Shown here: positions 38,801 to 49,140 of the stretch, in pieces
Position numbering within the stretch: the stretch's first letter is position 1
How the letters are laid out: each line of letters begins with the position of its first letter
DNA from: a virus
Virus record (IMG/VR): IMGVR_UViG_3300023184_000045
Coordinates: 59,498 to 123,497 of that record
DNA: 64,000 nucleotides
Strand: one strand, 5' to 3'
Notes under the pieces: model-generated
What the model saw: only the letters and a program-made list of their open reading frames with translations
Told to the model about the DNA's origin: nothing
Database searches by the model: none
Made by a program: the position numbers and the translations under genes

Positions 38801-41800
38801 TATACTGTTAACTACATTAACTCTAGGTCAGATAAAAGGGCACTGGGACGAAATAGGAAAAAATACCAATGGCCTAATAGGAGATCCATTGGCAACCAAT
38901 AATCTCAGAGATTTAAATACACAATTACAGAGCGGATCAATATTACAGCATTCGTCACCTTTACTATATCCTTCGTTATTTTTACTCGATTCACAAGTTA
39001 ATTTTATCAATGGTGTAGAACTTGCACGTAAAGATTATTCAAGATTTAAAAATAAATTTTTAGAACTATGTACAACAACAGTTGGACTTAGTCCGGCTGA
39101 CCCAGCCGCTGGCGTAGATAAAATTTTAAAAATTATCAATGGAGTTAAAAATCAAACTTTTGCATGGCATTATTCAGACATGATCCCATGGGGAGGTAAT
39201 TTTGTTACCGACACATATAAAATAATCAATGCACAAAAAACAATTTACACACTGAATAATATATACAATGCAATTGGTGATAATATATATCCTGACAATG
39301 GGGTATCAAACAAAGCCGTGTTGGTATACTTAAATTCTACACAATTAACTATTGGGGTTGATTACACTATCACTGCCGGAAATCCCTACATAACATTAGA
39401 TTCCACTGTAACTCTAGTAGAAGGGGATATATTAACAATAAAAGGATACAAAAACACAGACGGTAGTTACGTGCCAGAGACTCCTACCAAATTGGGTATG
39501 TATCCAAAATTCATTCCTGAAAAAATACTTGATAATTCATACAGAACCCCGATATATGTAATACAAGGGCACGACGGAAGTTTAACTCCGACATTTGGCG
39601 ACCTGCGTGACGACTATCTATTAGAGTTAGAAAAACGAATTTTTAATAATTTAAAAGTTGAGTACAACGCAGAATTGTTTGATATGATTGCTGCAACACC
39701 TGGCAAATTTAGAGCCAGCGATTATTCTAGACTTGAATTTAATCAAGTATTAAATTCTGAGTTTTTAAAATGGATTGGCACAAATCAATTGGATGCTGGC
39801 GCCAACAATTATTTCTTGTCCAATGATGAGTTTAGCTGGAATTATAATCAAACAGTTGATTCGTTTGATGGCGGGGAATTGCCAGGCTATTGGAGAGGAA
39901 TCTATAGATATTTTTACGACACAGAACGACCCAATACACATCCATGGGAAATGTTAGGTATTACAGTAAAACCTTTCTGGTGGGAAAGCTATTACGGTGT
40001 AGCACCGTATGCATCTACTAATAGTGCAATGTGGACTGATATTTCGTTAGGCTATATCAAAGGCGATTTAAAGACTAATATCAATTATGTAAGACCCGGG
40101 CTGCTAGCTCATCTACCAATTGACACCAATGGCGATTTAGTATCACCTCTGCAGGCCAAGTTAGTTGGCAGCTTCAATGGTTCAGCATTTAGCCAAAGCT
40201 ATGCAATTGGCGACCAAGGACCAGTTGAATCGGCCTGGCGCAAAACCAGTGACTATGTATTTTCATTGAATAGAGCACTAGCAGTTCTTAAGCCAGCAAA
40301 ATACTTTGGCTTAATGATTAATACTGCAAAAACTACAAGAGATGACTTAACAAATCAATTTGTACTGACAGAAAATAAAAAAAGAGTCACTGTAGATTCT
40401 ATTTTAATAAATGGTGAAACTGTATCGGGTTCTATAATAAGAGCTAGTAGTTATATAAATTGGATACACGGATATCTTACTAACTTAGGTGTTAATGCAG
40501 CAACAAAAATTAGAACAACAATTGATCACCTGGGTGTAAAATTGGGATACAAAATGGCTGGGTACACTGATAAAAAATATATCACAGCCTTGGTTGAACA
40601 ATATAGTCCTAACAGTACAAATCAATCAGCAATTGTGCCAGATGAAAATTATATTGTTTATTTAAATAAAAGTGCCCCAATACGCAAAGCAGTTTATAGT
40701 GCAGTTATTATTAGAAAAACAACCACAGGATATTCTGTCAATGGCTATAATTTAAATTATCCTTATTTTACAGTAATACCAAGTCAAGCCAATGGGAATT
40801 TTTATACCATTGAATCGTTAACTACCAGGGCTGTTATATACCGCGATTACCAAGACATAAAATTAAATATTCCTTATGGTTATGAATTTGCATCATCACA
40901 AGAATTAGTTGACTTCCTAGTAGGGTACGGCCGTTACTTAACAGCGCAGGGATTCATCTTTGACACTTATGAAACAAATCTTAAAGAAGTAAAAAATTGG
41001 ATACTTAGTGCAAAAGAATTTTTAGCATGGACGTTACAAGGGTGGAATGAAGGTAGCGTATTAATATTAAGTCCTGTATCTTATCAAATTGAATTTTTTG
41101 CCAACGATGGTGTAATTGATGAAATTACAAATATTCAATCTGCTAGTCATATACTAGGCCCTAATTTTAATGTTATACGTATTGATGAACTATCAATTTT
41201 AAAAGAGCCTACGTTAACTACTGTTACCGCAATAACAGGGCAAACTATTGCATTCATTGAATTAAATCTAGTTCAATTTGAACATGCACTAATATTTGAT
41301 AACACAACCATATTTGATGATGTAATCTATAGACCAGAGCTGGGTAGTCGACAATACAGAATTAAATTAATTGGATCGAAGACTACCAATTGGGACGGGT
41401 CACTAAACCCGTCTGGATTTATTTACAATACAGGTAGTATTGATGAGTGGGCTCCGGGATACGATTATAAGAAAGCAGACATTGTTTCTTATAAGAATCA
41501 AAATTTTACAGCAATTGCAGATGTGTCTGCTAGTGACAAATTTGAATTTGATAAATGGAGTCTGACAGATAGAAAAATTACTTCTGGACTAGTACCAAAC
41601 TTTGCTCAAAACTCAAGTAAATTTGACAACATATACGACATCGACAATCCAAATATAGATGAAAATTTTGCCAGTTATGGAAGAGGGCTAATTGGATTCA
41701 GAAATAGATCTTATTTAGAAGATCTGGGAATGGACCAAACATCGCAGAGCAAGTTCTATCAAGGTTTTATTAAAGAAAAGGGAACATTAAAGTCAATTGA

Positions 41801-44800
41801 AGCTTTATTCTATGGTAGCTTTGACAATATAACAAATAACGTAACCGTGGCTGAGGATTGGGGATTACGTGTTGGCGAATACGGCGCCATAAAAACAAAT
41901 TTAGGCATTGATTTAATTTTAAACGAAACAACGTTTAAAGATAATCCACTAACACTAACCGTTATTAAAGATGACGAAGTGCCCGAAGACGGTGTGCCTG
42001 CATTTAGAGCCAGGGATCTAATTAGTCGCCCTCATGATTTTAAATCGCCAATATTCTTAAATCTTCCAATTGCAGAATCCTTAGAAACAGATTTAAAAAC
42101 AGCAGGGTATGTTAATATCAATGATGTTGATGAATTAATTTTTGACCTCAACGATTATGCAAATTTAACTACAACTGCACTGTCAAATTTGGCAACAGGG
42201 TATAAAATATGGGTAGCAAAAGATTTCAATCGCGACTGGCAAGTTTATAAAACTATACAAACTATCAACGAAGTTAATGCAATAGAGTATAGCTTAGATA
42301 ATAAAATTAAGATTACAACTAAGTTTGACCACGGATTGCAAATTGGCAACGTTTTTGCTATTAGGGATATTGACTCTGCATTTGATGGATTCTATCAAGT
42401 ATTGAATGTTGAAACATCAAACACTTTAATTTCAATAATTGATCCTGCACTAATACCTTTGATAATAACAACTCCTATATACGGAGCAGGTGCATTATTT
42501 GAATTGCAACAGTCTAGATTTAAAACAGCCGAAGATCGCGACACATCAATTACAAAAAATCTATGGGACGCCGGCGACTTGACCTGGATTGACCAAAATG
42601 ATTTAAATGGCTGGTCTGTAAACCAATTTGTTGGACTAAGCACAGGCATCTACAGTGGACCAACAAGTTTTTGGGGCATTAACAATGGCACTGTAACTAT
42701 ACGATCGTCTGGGCTGCCTTACCATGCTTATGGAACTGCTATAACTACAGCTACTGCTACAACAAAACACTATATCAGATCGTGGCCTTTACGTGCTGGT
42801 GCAAATGTAGCAGCGTCAACACCTACTGCCATTGGTAATGGCATAATAGGATTCTGTTTAAATGGTGTTCCAATCTACAGCCCAACCGCCGAAGCAATTA
42901 CTTCTTTTGACTTATATCTGACTATTGCAGGATTTAATTATAATCTTGCATACTCTAATTTTGGATCATATGAAATAGACACTGCCGGCGGGACTAGCCT
43001 GGCTGATGGAACTTATCTTTACAGAAGTTTTAGTTTCAGATCAGCGTGGGAAAATGGGCAAGGCGGAGTATCACCAAGAGAGTCTGGGTACAATGTACCT
43101 GACGTACTGTCGATACCGTACTACAATGGTGATTTGTTACACTCCGATGGGCACAGTAAAATTATTGGATTTGCGTCTGATGGTTACCCAATATACGGAC
43201 CGTATGGATACGCCGTTCCGCTTAATGTTTCCAGTGCACCGATAAGAATGATAAGCAGTTACAGACTTAAAGACTTATCGTATAGAGAACCCACTGAAGC
43301 ATGTGATTTAACCACATATCCAATGGGAATTTTTATACAAGATTACGCTTATTCAGAAGGATACGGAACATTAGATGCGCATAACGGAAGATATTGTATC
43401 ACGCCAGACTACCCCAATGGTACCTATGCATACTTTGCAACCATTGATGATATTGGGCCTGCATATCCGTACTTTGTAGGACCAACATACTATGGTGATG
43501 TTCCGACTGTTAGTAACTCCCTAATAGGCGGCCCTGGAATTGCTCCTTACGGCTTCCAAACAATTTCCAATCCAGTCTGGACTGAAATTAAAAAACAAAT
43601 GCCTACAGTAGATATTAACAGTGTTAAAGGTTTGCACATATTTAACAATATAAGCAAAACTATAATTGCACGCCTTGATTTCATTGACCCTGTTAAAGGA
43701 AAAATATTAGGCACAGCGGAAGCAGACATTGATTTTATAACCTCGGTTGACCCTGCATTTTATAACAATGGTACAGATGAGGCCTTGACAATTAATATTG
43801 ACTACAATTGGGGTAAACAACAAGTTGGTAAAATTTGGTGGGACTTAGATGCGGTTAGATACTACGACTACGAGCAGGGCTCTGTAGATTATAGAAAAAC
43901 TAATTGGGGCAAGTTCTTTACTGGAAGCAATATATTTGTATATGAGTGGGTAGAAAGTGATGTATTGCCTTCAGGGTATGTTGCAGCTGGGTTAGACGGA
44001 ATTCCTAAATTAGCAGACGATAGCGCCTATGGTACATTGTATTATGTTGACAGTGTAACGTTAACAGTCCGTACCAAGTACTATTATTGGGTTAGAGCTA
44101 AAAATTCAGTTGGATTAAACAACAAATTGCATAGCGTATTATCATTGGAGCAATTAATAGCTAATCCAATTATGCAAAATATACCATATGCTGCACTACT
44201 CAATGATAAAACAATAGCAGTTTATAATGTTGGAAAATACTTGTCAGGCAATGACATTGCATTGCATATTGATTATTCAACGTCGCATAATGAAAATATA
44301 GTGCATAGTGAATACGAGTTATTCCAACAAGGTAATAAAAGTGCAGTAATGCATCCCAGAATAGAGACTAAATTAATTGATAGTTTAGTTGGCACAGACG
44401 CCGATGGCCAACTAGTGCCAGATCCAAATTTACTGCCAGCAGATAGATTAGGATTGTCTAATAAACCAAGACAAACTTTAATTGTTAACAGATTAAAAGC
44501 AATTGAAAATATAATTAAATTTGTTAATTTAATATTAGTGCAACATCCTGTTGCGTCGCGTATTTTCAATAAACAAAATATATATTCTGACAACTTTTAT
44601 GCTCAATCACCATATCCCAACGAATACGACTATACAGTTGACTCAATTGTTGAAATGGATTATATAGCCGAAATTTCGTCACTTGATTTTGAATTTGGAA
44701 AACAATACGTTATAAGTCAAGTTGGTAATACCACGCAAGAAGACTGGAACATAGCAGCAGGAACCACTGGGGCAACATATGCCGACGGTGATATATTTAC

Positions 44801-47030
44801 AGCAAATAGCCAAGTTAGCGGCACAGGTTATGCATTTCCGAGTAGAGTGTTAGTAAAGTACGATGTCAATTACAGCAATCGTTGGACATTGTATCAAATG
44901 AAAGTTCTTACAAAACCTTTATTAATAAAAATACAGGGTTACAATGCAACTAATTTCTGGAACTTTGTTGATTGGTATGCAGCTGGGTACGATAGTAAAA
45001 CTTTAATAATTAATAAAATATTAGACAATTATAATCAAACATACACTACATCTTTTACCTCCGGAGAAATTGTAAGAATAAATGACAACGGCGACGGATT
45101 GTTTGGGATCTATAAAGTAAACAATTCTGGCAAATTTGATTTAATTGCACTAGAGTCGGGAAGTATACAACTTACTACTAATTTCTGGAAAGAGTTTGGA
45201 TATAGCCATTTTGACTTCGACTCTGATACATTTGACTTTAACTACTTCACAGAACTTAGATTTATCTTTAATGGATTAAAACAAGACATCTTTACCAAAG
45301 ACTTGGCAATTTACTACAATCAATTTTTATTTTATATAATTGAATATATTCTGTCAGAACAAAAAGATGTTGACTGGATATTTAAAACAAGTTTTATTTC
45401 TATACAGCATACATTAACTGGATTAATACAAACGCCTACGTATATTAAAGACAGGCAAGATCTTTATAGGCAGTACATTGAAGAAGTTAAGCCTTATAGA
45501 ACAAAAATAAAAGAATATACTTTAAATTATGCAAATTTCGAATCAATTGATACTGCTACTGTAACAGATTTTGATTTACCTGCATACTACGAACCATCAC
45601 TGGGATTGTTCCGTAGTCCCAATGGTGAAATGCCTGAAATAGATGCTAATTTGTTATTGTCTAATCCTAAGTATCAGGATTGGAACAATCACCACAAGTA
45701 TACTATTAATAGTGTTGAAATAGCCAATTCTGGTTTTGGATTTATTGTAAATCCAGACATATCAATAATTAGTACAGACACCACTGGGCATGGCGCTAAT
45801 GCTAAAGCTACAATTTTTGTTCCTGCAGGATTAACATCTGGCAATATTGCAACAGTTACAGTTACAGACGTGGGTCAAAATTATACTAGTACTCCGTTGG
45901 TGGTTGTCAATGGTACTGGTGCAACCCAAACAAGTATATCGGCAGTTGGACATCATCGCCCGGCTGTATTAAGTCCGCGAATGACTAATAAAAAGATTAG
46001 AAAAATCAACACTACAATTAAGTTTGATAGGGTGCAATATACAAGCAAAGTAGTCGACTGGACTAAGAATACTTTTTATAGTGCAGGTGCATATGTAAGT
46101 TACCAAGGGCAATGTTACAAAATTAAAGGTGATGTTACAACGTCTAATATATTTGATAGAAAACAATTTGACGTAGTTAGTGTAGAAGAGCTTACTAACG
46201 CAAATGATCGCATAATGGCATTTTATCAGCCAACTTCTGGTATGGTACCAAAAATATTGTCAAGACTAATGACCGGTTTAGATAGACCGCAGACCAACGC
46301 TAATCTTGATGCAACCACTGATACATTAATATATGGCGGCGGTTTCTCGGGTGCTGCTATCCCGGCTGGTCAGTTTGTAACTGGGCAACACTATATAATT
46401 ACAGTAGTTGGTAGTACTAATTTTACGCTAATTGGTGCAAGCTCTAATAAAATTGGATTGAGATTTACAGCAACAGGCCCTGGCGCAGGTACAGGATCTG
46501 CTGCAATATCTATTACTACAGATCAGTTTGGTAATGTAGCAGGTGTTAGCCCGGAAAATATTTCTGTTTACGGTGGTGCATTTGTTTCTGAAACGTTTAG
46601 CCATGCACCAGAAGAACTATTGCCGGGGATAACCTATGACTCACTTGGAATACGTGTATTGGCAACAAACGGAAATGGGTACCACCAACTTAAAGACATG
46701 TTAGATGCCACTATTGTGCGTCTAATAGAAACATCAAGGAACACAACGATAACAAGAGACTTAAAAGTTGACGATTTAACAATAACAGTGGCCGATGCAA
46801 CCCTGTTGTTTAGCCCAAATCCGATAAACATAATTCCGGGTAAATTGTTTATCAATGGCGAAGAAATCCACTACTATACAAAATCTGGTAATACATTGGG
46901 GCAATTACGACGCGGGGTCGGCGGTACAGGCACACCGCTAGTGCATTTATCTGGCTCGGCTGTCGAAAATGCCAATGTTTTAACAAATAATCCCGACGGG
47001 AAAACAGGTACTCCGCCTGATTTATCTTAA
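35892..47030 (+). CDS. Giant baseplate wedge/virion protein (gp7-like position) with inserted cupredoxin-like and YHYH-like domains
   Basis: 3712-aa ORF following gp6. YHYH-type segment at about 42690-43500 (GVPIY, IIGFASDGYPIYGPYG, LDAHNGR...P.YPNGTYAYF). The gp7 analogy is positional only. Confidence 0.7.
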   Translation: MATRKTLNFLPDIFKTDINKKFLGATIDQLVSEAEISKLNGLVGRKFSSLTNPSDNFILEPTDTRQNYQFEPAVIVNNESNGIELYGDYQALIEKISYYGGITDNHNRLFESEYYSYNPRIDLDKFVNYTRYFWLPNGPDTVTVSSGVDGAPKAFNFTRNDQGNSVVVNVNDGNSVPNPTITLVRGTTYQFVVDQVGHPLWIQTEIGTDGKKDFDSAVSTRDIYGIDNNGTDNGIITLEVPERDSQDYYFKMPILDFVDYSVSIPFSEIDGQYWNQPGDSVGDIDGDPTYPDRRYVIFTSTSTNNNDWINFNGATVPVEKRHGLWQITIDATSKIKLEFIRNIPIGYRVRINHGDAYTGYEFFKNSSGNLVQSPPITAPLSTLYYQDQDNELIYGKIVIVDRPGETIDVTTDIIGQKNYTSFNGVVFTNGLKIKFDDTIFPVSYRGVEYIVEGVGISISLIKFSDLDPVESIIDTASIPFDTDFFDSIEFEKSILTYVTNHDYIVMNRQSIDLNAWVRTNRWYHEDVIRLTAEYNKTTLVVDPASRAKRPIIEFEPNLQLFNSGKFFTGVIDRIDTNLIGNLITDAFLTINDKLVSDFAGSGSLKYKEGQLTIFPNDINSEVRRRIYRVSFKNQSAATSFAGTLTGTISTVGGSRRASGIGTSFLAAGIQVGTLLYNSSNNNYIGKVLMVLSNTDLLLDNNVAQTYTEVTVKYNYPRIALEPQIVVAPDHVVVARTGSNKNRSYWFDGSNWIKAQLKTSFNQPILFDLVDKNDISLSNQVMYPTSTFAGTEIFSYVVGSSTTDSVLGFSLKYSGIGNSVSDINFKNNFDSDTFTYKPYDYVTKNISDVGYLRKNVSNTEYKLLNSWNTVAEESKQYQHMSDKADGTTNYFEIDILPDTVLDQPNVKVFVNNKMIATADFELVTIGIRHAVHIKTTLILNDKIDILVFNRSNTSELGYYQIPGNLEFNAQNILLTTLTLGQIKGHWDEIGKNTNGLIGDPLATNNLRDLNTQLQSGSILQHSSPLLYPSLFLLDSQVNFINGVELARKDYSRFKNKFLELCTTTVGLSPADPAAGVDKILKIINGVKNQTFAWHYSDMIPWGGNFVTDTYKIINAQKTIYTLNNIYNAIGDNIYPDNGVSNKAVLVYLNSTQLTIGVDYTITAGNPYITLDSTVTLVEGDILTIKGYKNTDGSYVPETPTKLGMYPKFIPEKILDNSYRTPIYVIQGHDGSLTPTFGDLRDDYLLELEKRIFNNLKVEYNAELFDMIAATPGKFRASDYSRLEFNQVLNSEFLKWIGTNQLDAGANNYFLSNDEFSWNYNQTVDSFDGGELPGYWRGIYRYFYDTERPNTHPWEMLGITVKPFWWESYYGVAPYASTNSAMWTDISLGYIKGDLKTNINYVRPGLLAHLPIDTNGDLVSPLQAKLVGSFNGSAFSQSYAIGDQGPVESAWRKTSDYVFSLNRALAVLKPAKYFGLMINTAKTTRDDLTNQFVLTENKKRVTVDSILINGETVSGSIIRASSYINWIHGYLTNLGVNAATKIRTTIDHLGVKLGYKMAGYTDKKYITALVEQYSPNSTNQSAIVPDENYIVYLNKSAPIRKAVYSAVIIRKTTTGYSVNGYNLNYPYFTVIPSQANGNFYTIESLTTRAVIYRDYQDIKLNIPYGYEFASSQELVDFLVGYGRYLTAQGFIFDTYETNLKEVKNWILSAKEFLAWTLQGWNEGSVLILSPVSYQIEFFANDGVIDEITNIQSASHILGPNFNVIRIDELSILKEPTLTTVTAITGQTIAFIELNLVQFEHALIFDNTTIFDDVIYRPELGSRQYRIKLIGSKTTNWDGSLNPSGFIYNTGSIDEWAPGYDYKKADIVSYKNQNFTAIADVSASDKFEFDKWSLTDRKITSGLVPNFAQNSSKFDNIYDIDNPNIDENFASYGRGLIGFRNRSYLEDLGMDQTSQSKFYQGFIKEKGTLKSIEALFYGSFDNITNNVTVAEDWGLRVGEYGAIKTNLGIDLILNETTFKDNPLTLTVIKDDEVPEDGVPAFRARDLISRPHDFKSPIFLNLPIAESLETDLKTAGYVNINDVDELIFDLNDYANLTTTALSNLATGYKIWVAKDFNRDWQVYKTIQTINEVNAIEYSLDNKIKITTKFDHGLQIGNVFAIRDIDSAFDGFYQVLNVETSNTLISIIDPALIPLIITTPIYGAGALFELQQSRFKTAEDRDTSITKNLWDAGDLTWIDQNDLNGWSVNQFVGLSTGIYSGPTSFWGINNGTVTIRSSGLPYHAYGTAITTATATTKHYIRSWPLRAGANVAASTPTAIGNGIIGFCLNGVPIYSPTAEAITSFDLYLTIAGFNYNLAYSNFGSYEIDTAGGTSLADGTYLYRSFSFRSAWENGQGGVSPRESGYNVPDVLSIPYYNGDLLHSDGHSKIIGFASDGYPIYGPYGYAVPLNVSSAPIRMISSYRLKDLSYREPTEACDLTTYPMGIFIQDYAYSEGYGTLDAHNGRYCITPDYPNGTYAYFATIDDIGPAYPYFVGPTYYGDVPTVSNSLIGGPGIAPYGFQTISNPVWTEIKKQMPTVDINSVKGLHIFNNISKTIIARLDFIDPVKGKILGTAEADIDFITSVDPAFYNNGTDEALTINIDYNWGKQQVGKIWWDLDAVRYYDYEQGSVDYRKTNWGKFFTGSNIFVYEWVESDVLPSGYVAAGLDGIPKLADDSAYGTLYYVDSVTLTVRTKYYYWVRAKNSVGLNNKLHSVLSLEQLIANPIMQNIPYAALLNDKTIAVYNVGKYLSGNDIALHIDYSTSHNENIVHSEYELFQQGNKSAVMHPRIETKLIDSLVGTDADGQLVPDPNLLPADRLGLSNKPRQTLIVNRLKAIENIIKFVNLILVQHPVASRIFNKQNIYSDNFYAQSPYPNEYDYTVDSIVEMDYIAEISSLDFEFGKQYVISQVGNTTQEDWNIAAGTTGATYADGDIFTANSQVSGTGYAFPSRVLVKYDVNYSNRWTLYQMKVLTKPLLIKIQGYNATNFWNFVDWYAAGYDSKTLIINKILDNYNQTYTTSFTSGEIVRINDNGDGLFGIYKVNNSGKFDLIALESGSIQLTTNFWKEFGYSHFDFDSDTFDFNYFTELRFIFNGLKQDIFTKDLAIYYNQFLFYIIEYILSEQKDVDWIFKTSFISIQHTLTGLIQTPTYIKDRQDLYRQYIEEVKPYRTKIKEYTLNYANFESIDTATVTDFDLPAYYEPSLGLFRSPNGEMPEIDANLLLSNPKYQDWNNHHKYTINSVEIANSGFGFIVNPDISIISTDTTGHGANAKATIFVPAGLTSGNIATVTVTDVGQNYTSTPLVVVNGTGATQTSISAVGHHRPAVLSPRMTNKKIRKINTTIKFDRVQYTSKVVDWTKNTFYSAGAYVSYQGQCYKIKGDVTTSNIFDRKQFDVVSVEELTNANDRIMAFYQPTSGMVPKILSRLMTGLDRPQTNANLDATTDTLIYGGGFSGAAIPAGQFVTGQHYIITVVGSTNFTLIGASSNKIGLRFTATGPGAGTGSAAISITTDQFGNVAGVSPENISVYGGAFVSETFSHAPEELLPGITYDSLGIRVLATNGNGYHQLKDMLDATIVRLIETSRNTTITRDLKVDDLTITVADATLLFSPNPINIIPGKLFINGEEIHYYTKSGNTLGQLRRGVGGTGTPLVHLSGSAVENANVLTNNPDGKTGTPPDLS

Positions 47031-47056
47031 TTGAGTTTATAAACCACAAAAATAAT

Positions 47057-47212
47057 ATGATAAATAATGATAATACCCAGTCTGAATCGGACAATTTAAA
47101 CAAGCCTGAGAAGGTTGAAAAGCCAGATGAACATCCTGGCATAGCTGTACAAGGATTTTTAAAGATCTTTGATCCAGAATCTGGTGAAGTTTTAGCCCAA
47201 GGGCGAGCTTAA
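47057..47212 (+). CDS. Small hypothetical protein (51 aa) not in the ORF track
   Basis: Hand-translated: MINNDNTQSESDNLNKPEKVEKPDEHPGIAVQGFLKIFDPESGEVLAQGRA. It fills the gap between flanking genes and its C-terminal half resembles the N-terminus of the next gene. Confidence 0.6.
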   Translation: MINNDNTQSESDNLNKPEKVEKPDEHPGIAVQGFLKIFDPESGEVLAQGRA

Positions 47213-47228
47213 AATTTAAAGGGCAGAG

Positions 47229-47855
47229 ATGCAAACACAAGAAAAACTACAACCAAGTATACAAGGATTCATTAAAATATCTGACGTTACAGATAGTAAT
47301 TGTCCCGTTGTTTTAGTTGAAAAGAAAAATGCTATTCACTATGAAAATATCAGTGAAGCATTGGCAATGAGCCTGGCCAACAAAGCTAGTAATTTTATTT
47401 CTGAAATGCATTTTGGGAATGGTGGTACTACTGTAGATCAGACAGGTATAATAACTTATTTGCCTACTAACGTAAACACACAAAATTCAGATTTATACAA
47501 TCCGACGTTTTTTAAATGTGTTGACGATCTAGATCCAATTAACACCGACCCGCTAAGAAACAAAATGGAAATTCGTCATATCCCAGGAACAGTATACACT
47601 GACATCTTAGTTACATGTCTATTAGATTACGGCGAGCCAGCAGGTCAGTCGGCATTTGATAATACAGCATATACTACAGATCAATATGCATTTGACGAAC
47701 TAGGACTTAAAGGGTGGAGCGCAACAGGAACAGGATTAGGAAAACTATTAACTCACGTTATTTTCCACCCTGTGCAAAAATCATTGAATAGATTGATTCA
47801 AATTGAATATACAGTAAGAATACAATCATTAACTAACTTAACAGGGGCGGCTTAA
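47229..47855 (+). CDS. Putative baseplate/tail-fibre junction structural protein
   Basis: 208 aa in the baseplate-fibre operon. FDELGL and LLTHVIFHPVQKSLNR..I.YT resemble fibre-proximal structural proteins. Confidence 0.55.
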   Translation: MQTQEKLQPSIQGFIKISDVTDSNCPVVLVEKKNAIHYENISEALAMSLANKASNFISEMHFGNGGTTVDQTGIITYLPTNVNTQNSDLYNPTFFKCVDDLDPINTDPLRNKMEIRHIPGTVYTDILVTCLLDYGEPAGQSAFDNTAYTTDQYAFDELGLKGWSATGTGLGKLLTHVIFHPVQKSLNRLIQIEYTVRIQSLTNLTGAA

Positions 47856-47906
47856 TTATGTATTTGAATAAATGGTTAAATACTAATAACTTGGAGTTAA
47901 CATCGT

Positions 47907-49118
47907 ATGGCATATAATATAAACAAATCAAATGGCGATTTGTTATCTATCGTTGAGGATGGCACGGCCGACATAAACACTTCTAGTATTGCACTAATAG
48001 GCAAGAATTTCCCTGGCTATGGAGAATACTTTAACGAAAATTTGATACACATAGTAGAAAATTTTGCAAATGACGCTTCTCCTGCTAATCAATTAACAGG
48101 TCAACTTTGGTACCAAACAAGCACAGAACAATTAAAAATTTGGAGTGGTACCAGCTGGGTATCGGCAGGCCGTCCTAATATTGTCAATGATACAATTAGT
48201 GTCACGCCGCATTACTTAACATTTGTAGATGGCTATGGCGGCACGCCTGATTTTAAAGTTGCTTCGACTAAAGGTATAACTTACATACCTAGTACCGGAA
48301 ACGTGGGAATTGGCATTGCTTCTGCAACGTCTAGATTGACAGTTAGTACAAATTCTGGCGCTACAGTATCTGCTGCAACGCCAAATACAAATACAACCGT
48401 ACATGTACACGGAGAAAACGGAAAAAATCAAACAGTATTATTTGAATCCTATGGTGGCACCGGTATTGCTTATAATCAGGCCAATGCATCATCATTGGTA
48501 TTTCGCAGAAACAACGGAACTGGTGTTTCGCTAGAAGCCGTTCAAAATAACGATATACTAGGAGTAGTGTCTGCACAAGGATACAACGGAACAGCACCGA
48601 CAACTATTCGTGCTGGTATTGTTTTTAGTGCTACAGAAACATGGACCGCTGGGGCAAATGGTACAAAAATAGTTTTTCAAACTACTCCAAATGCCTACGT
48701 TGCTAGTGCTAACGCAATGAGCATATTGGGTAACAAAACTGTAGAATGCTATGGTAATGTTAATGTTGTTGGATCAATTAATGCCGCTGGGTCAATTAAT
48801 GCCGCCGGCGATATTACTGCATTCTATACGTCAGATGCTAGACTTAAAACCAATGTACACACAATTGAAAATGCATTAGCTAAGACCGTTGCTATCAATG
48901 GCGTTACATTCAATTGGAATGAGCTAGCAATTGATAAAGATCAAACAGTCAGAGAAGCCGGTGTACTAGCGCAAGACCTACAGGCAGTATTGCCCGAAGC
49001 AGTTGGCGAAAGAGCCGACGGCTTTTTAGCTGTTAGATATGAAAAAATTGTACCGCTATTAATTGAAGCAATTAAAGAACTCAAATTGGAAATTGATGCT
49101 CTTAAGAAAAATATTTAA
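47907..49118 (+). CDS. Tail fibre protein with a C-terminal peptidase S74 intramolecular chaperone
   Basis: SDARLKTN...NGVTFNWN...GVLAQDLQAVLPEAV...V.YEKIVPLLIEAIKEL is the S74 domain. N-terminal LIGKNFPGYGEYFNENLIHIVENFA attachment segment. Confidence 0.9.
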   Translation: MAYNINKSNGDLLSIVEDGTADINTSSIALIGKNFPGYGEYFNENLIHIVENFANDASPANQLTGQLWYQTSTEQLKIWSGTSWVSAGRPNIVNDTISVTPHYLTFVDGYGGTPDFKVASTKGITYIPSTGNVGIGIASATSRLTVSTNSGATVSAATPNTNTTVHVHGENGKNQTVLFESYGGTGIAYNQANASSLVFRRNNGTGVSLEAVQNNDILGVVSAQGYNGTAPTTIRAGIVFSATETWTAGANGTKIVFQTTPNAYVASANAMSILGNKTVECYGNVNVVGSINAAGSINAAGDITAFYTSDARLKTNVHTIENALAKTVAINGVTFNWNELAIDKDQTVREAGVLAQDLQAVLPEAVGERADGFLAVRYEKIVPLLIEAIKELKLEIDALKKNI

Positions 49119-49140
49119 AAATTGAAGTAGGGATAACACT

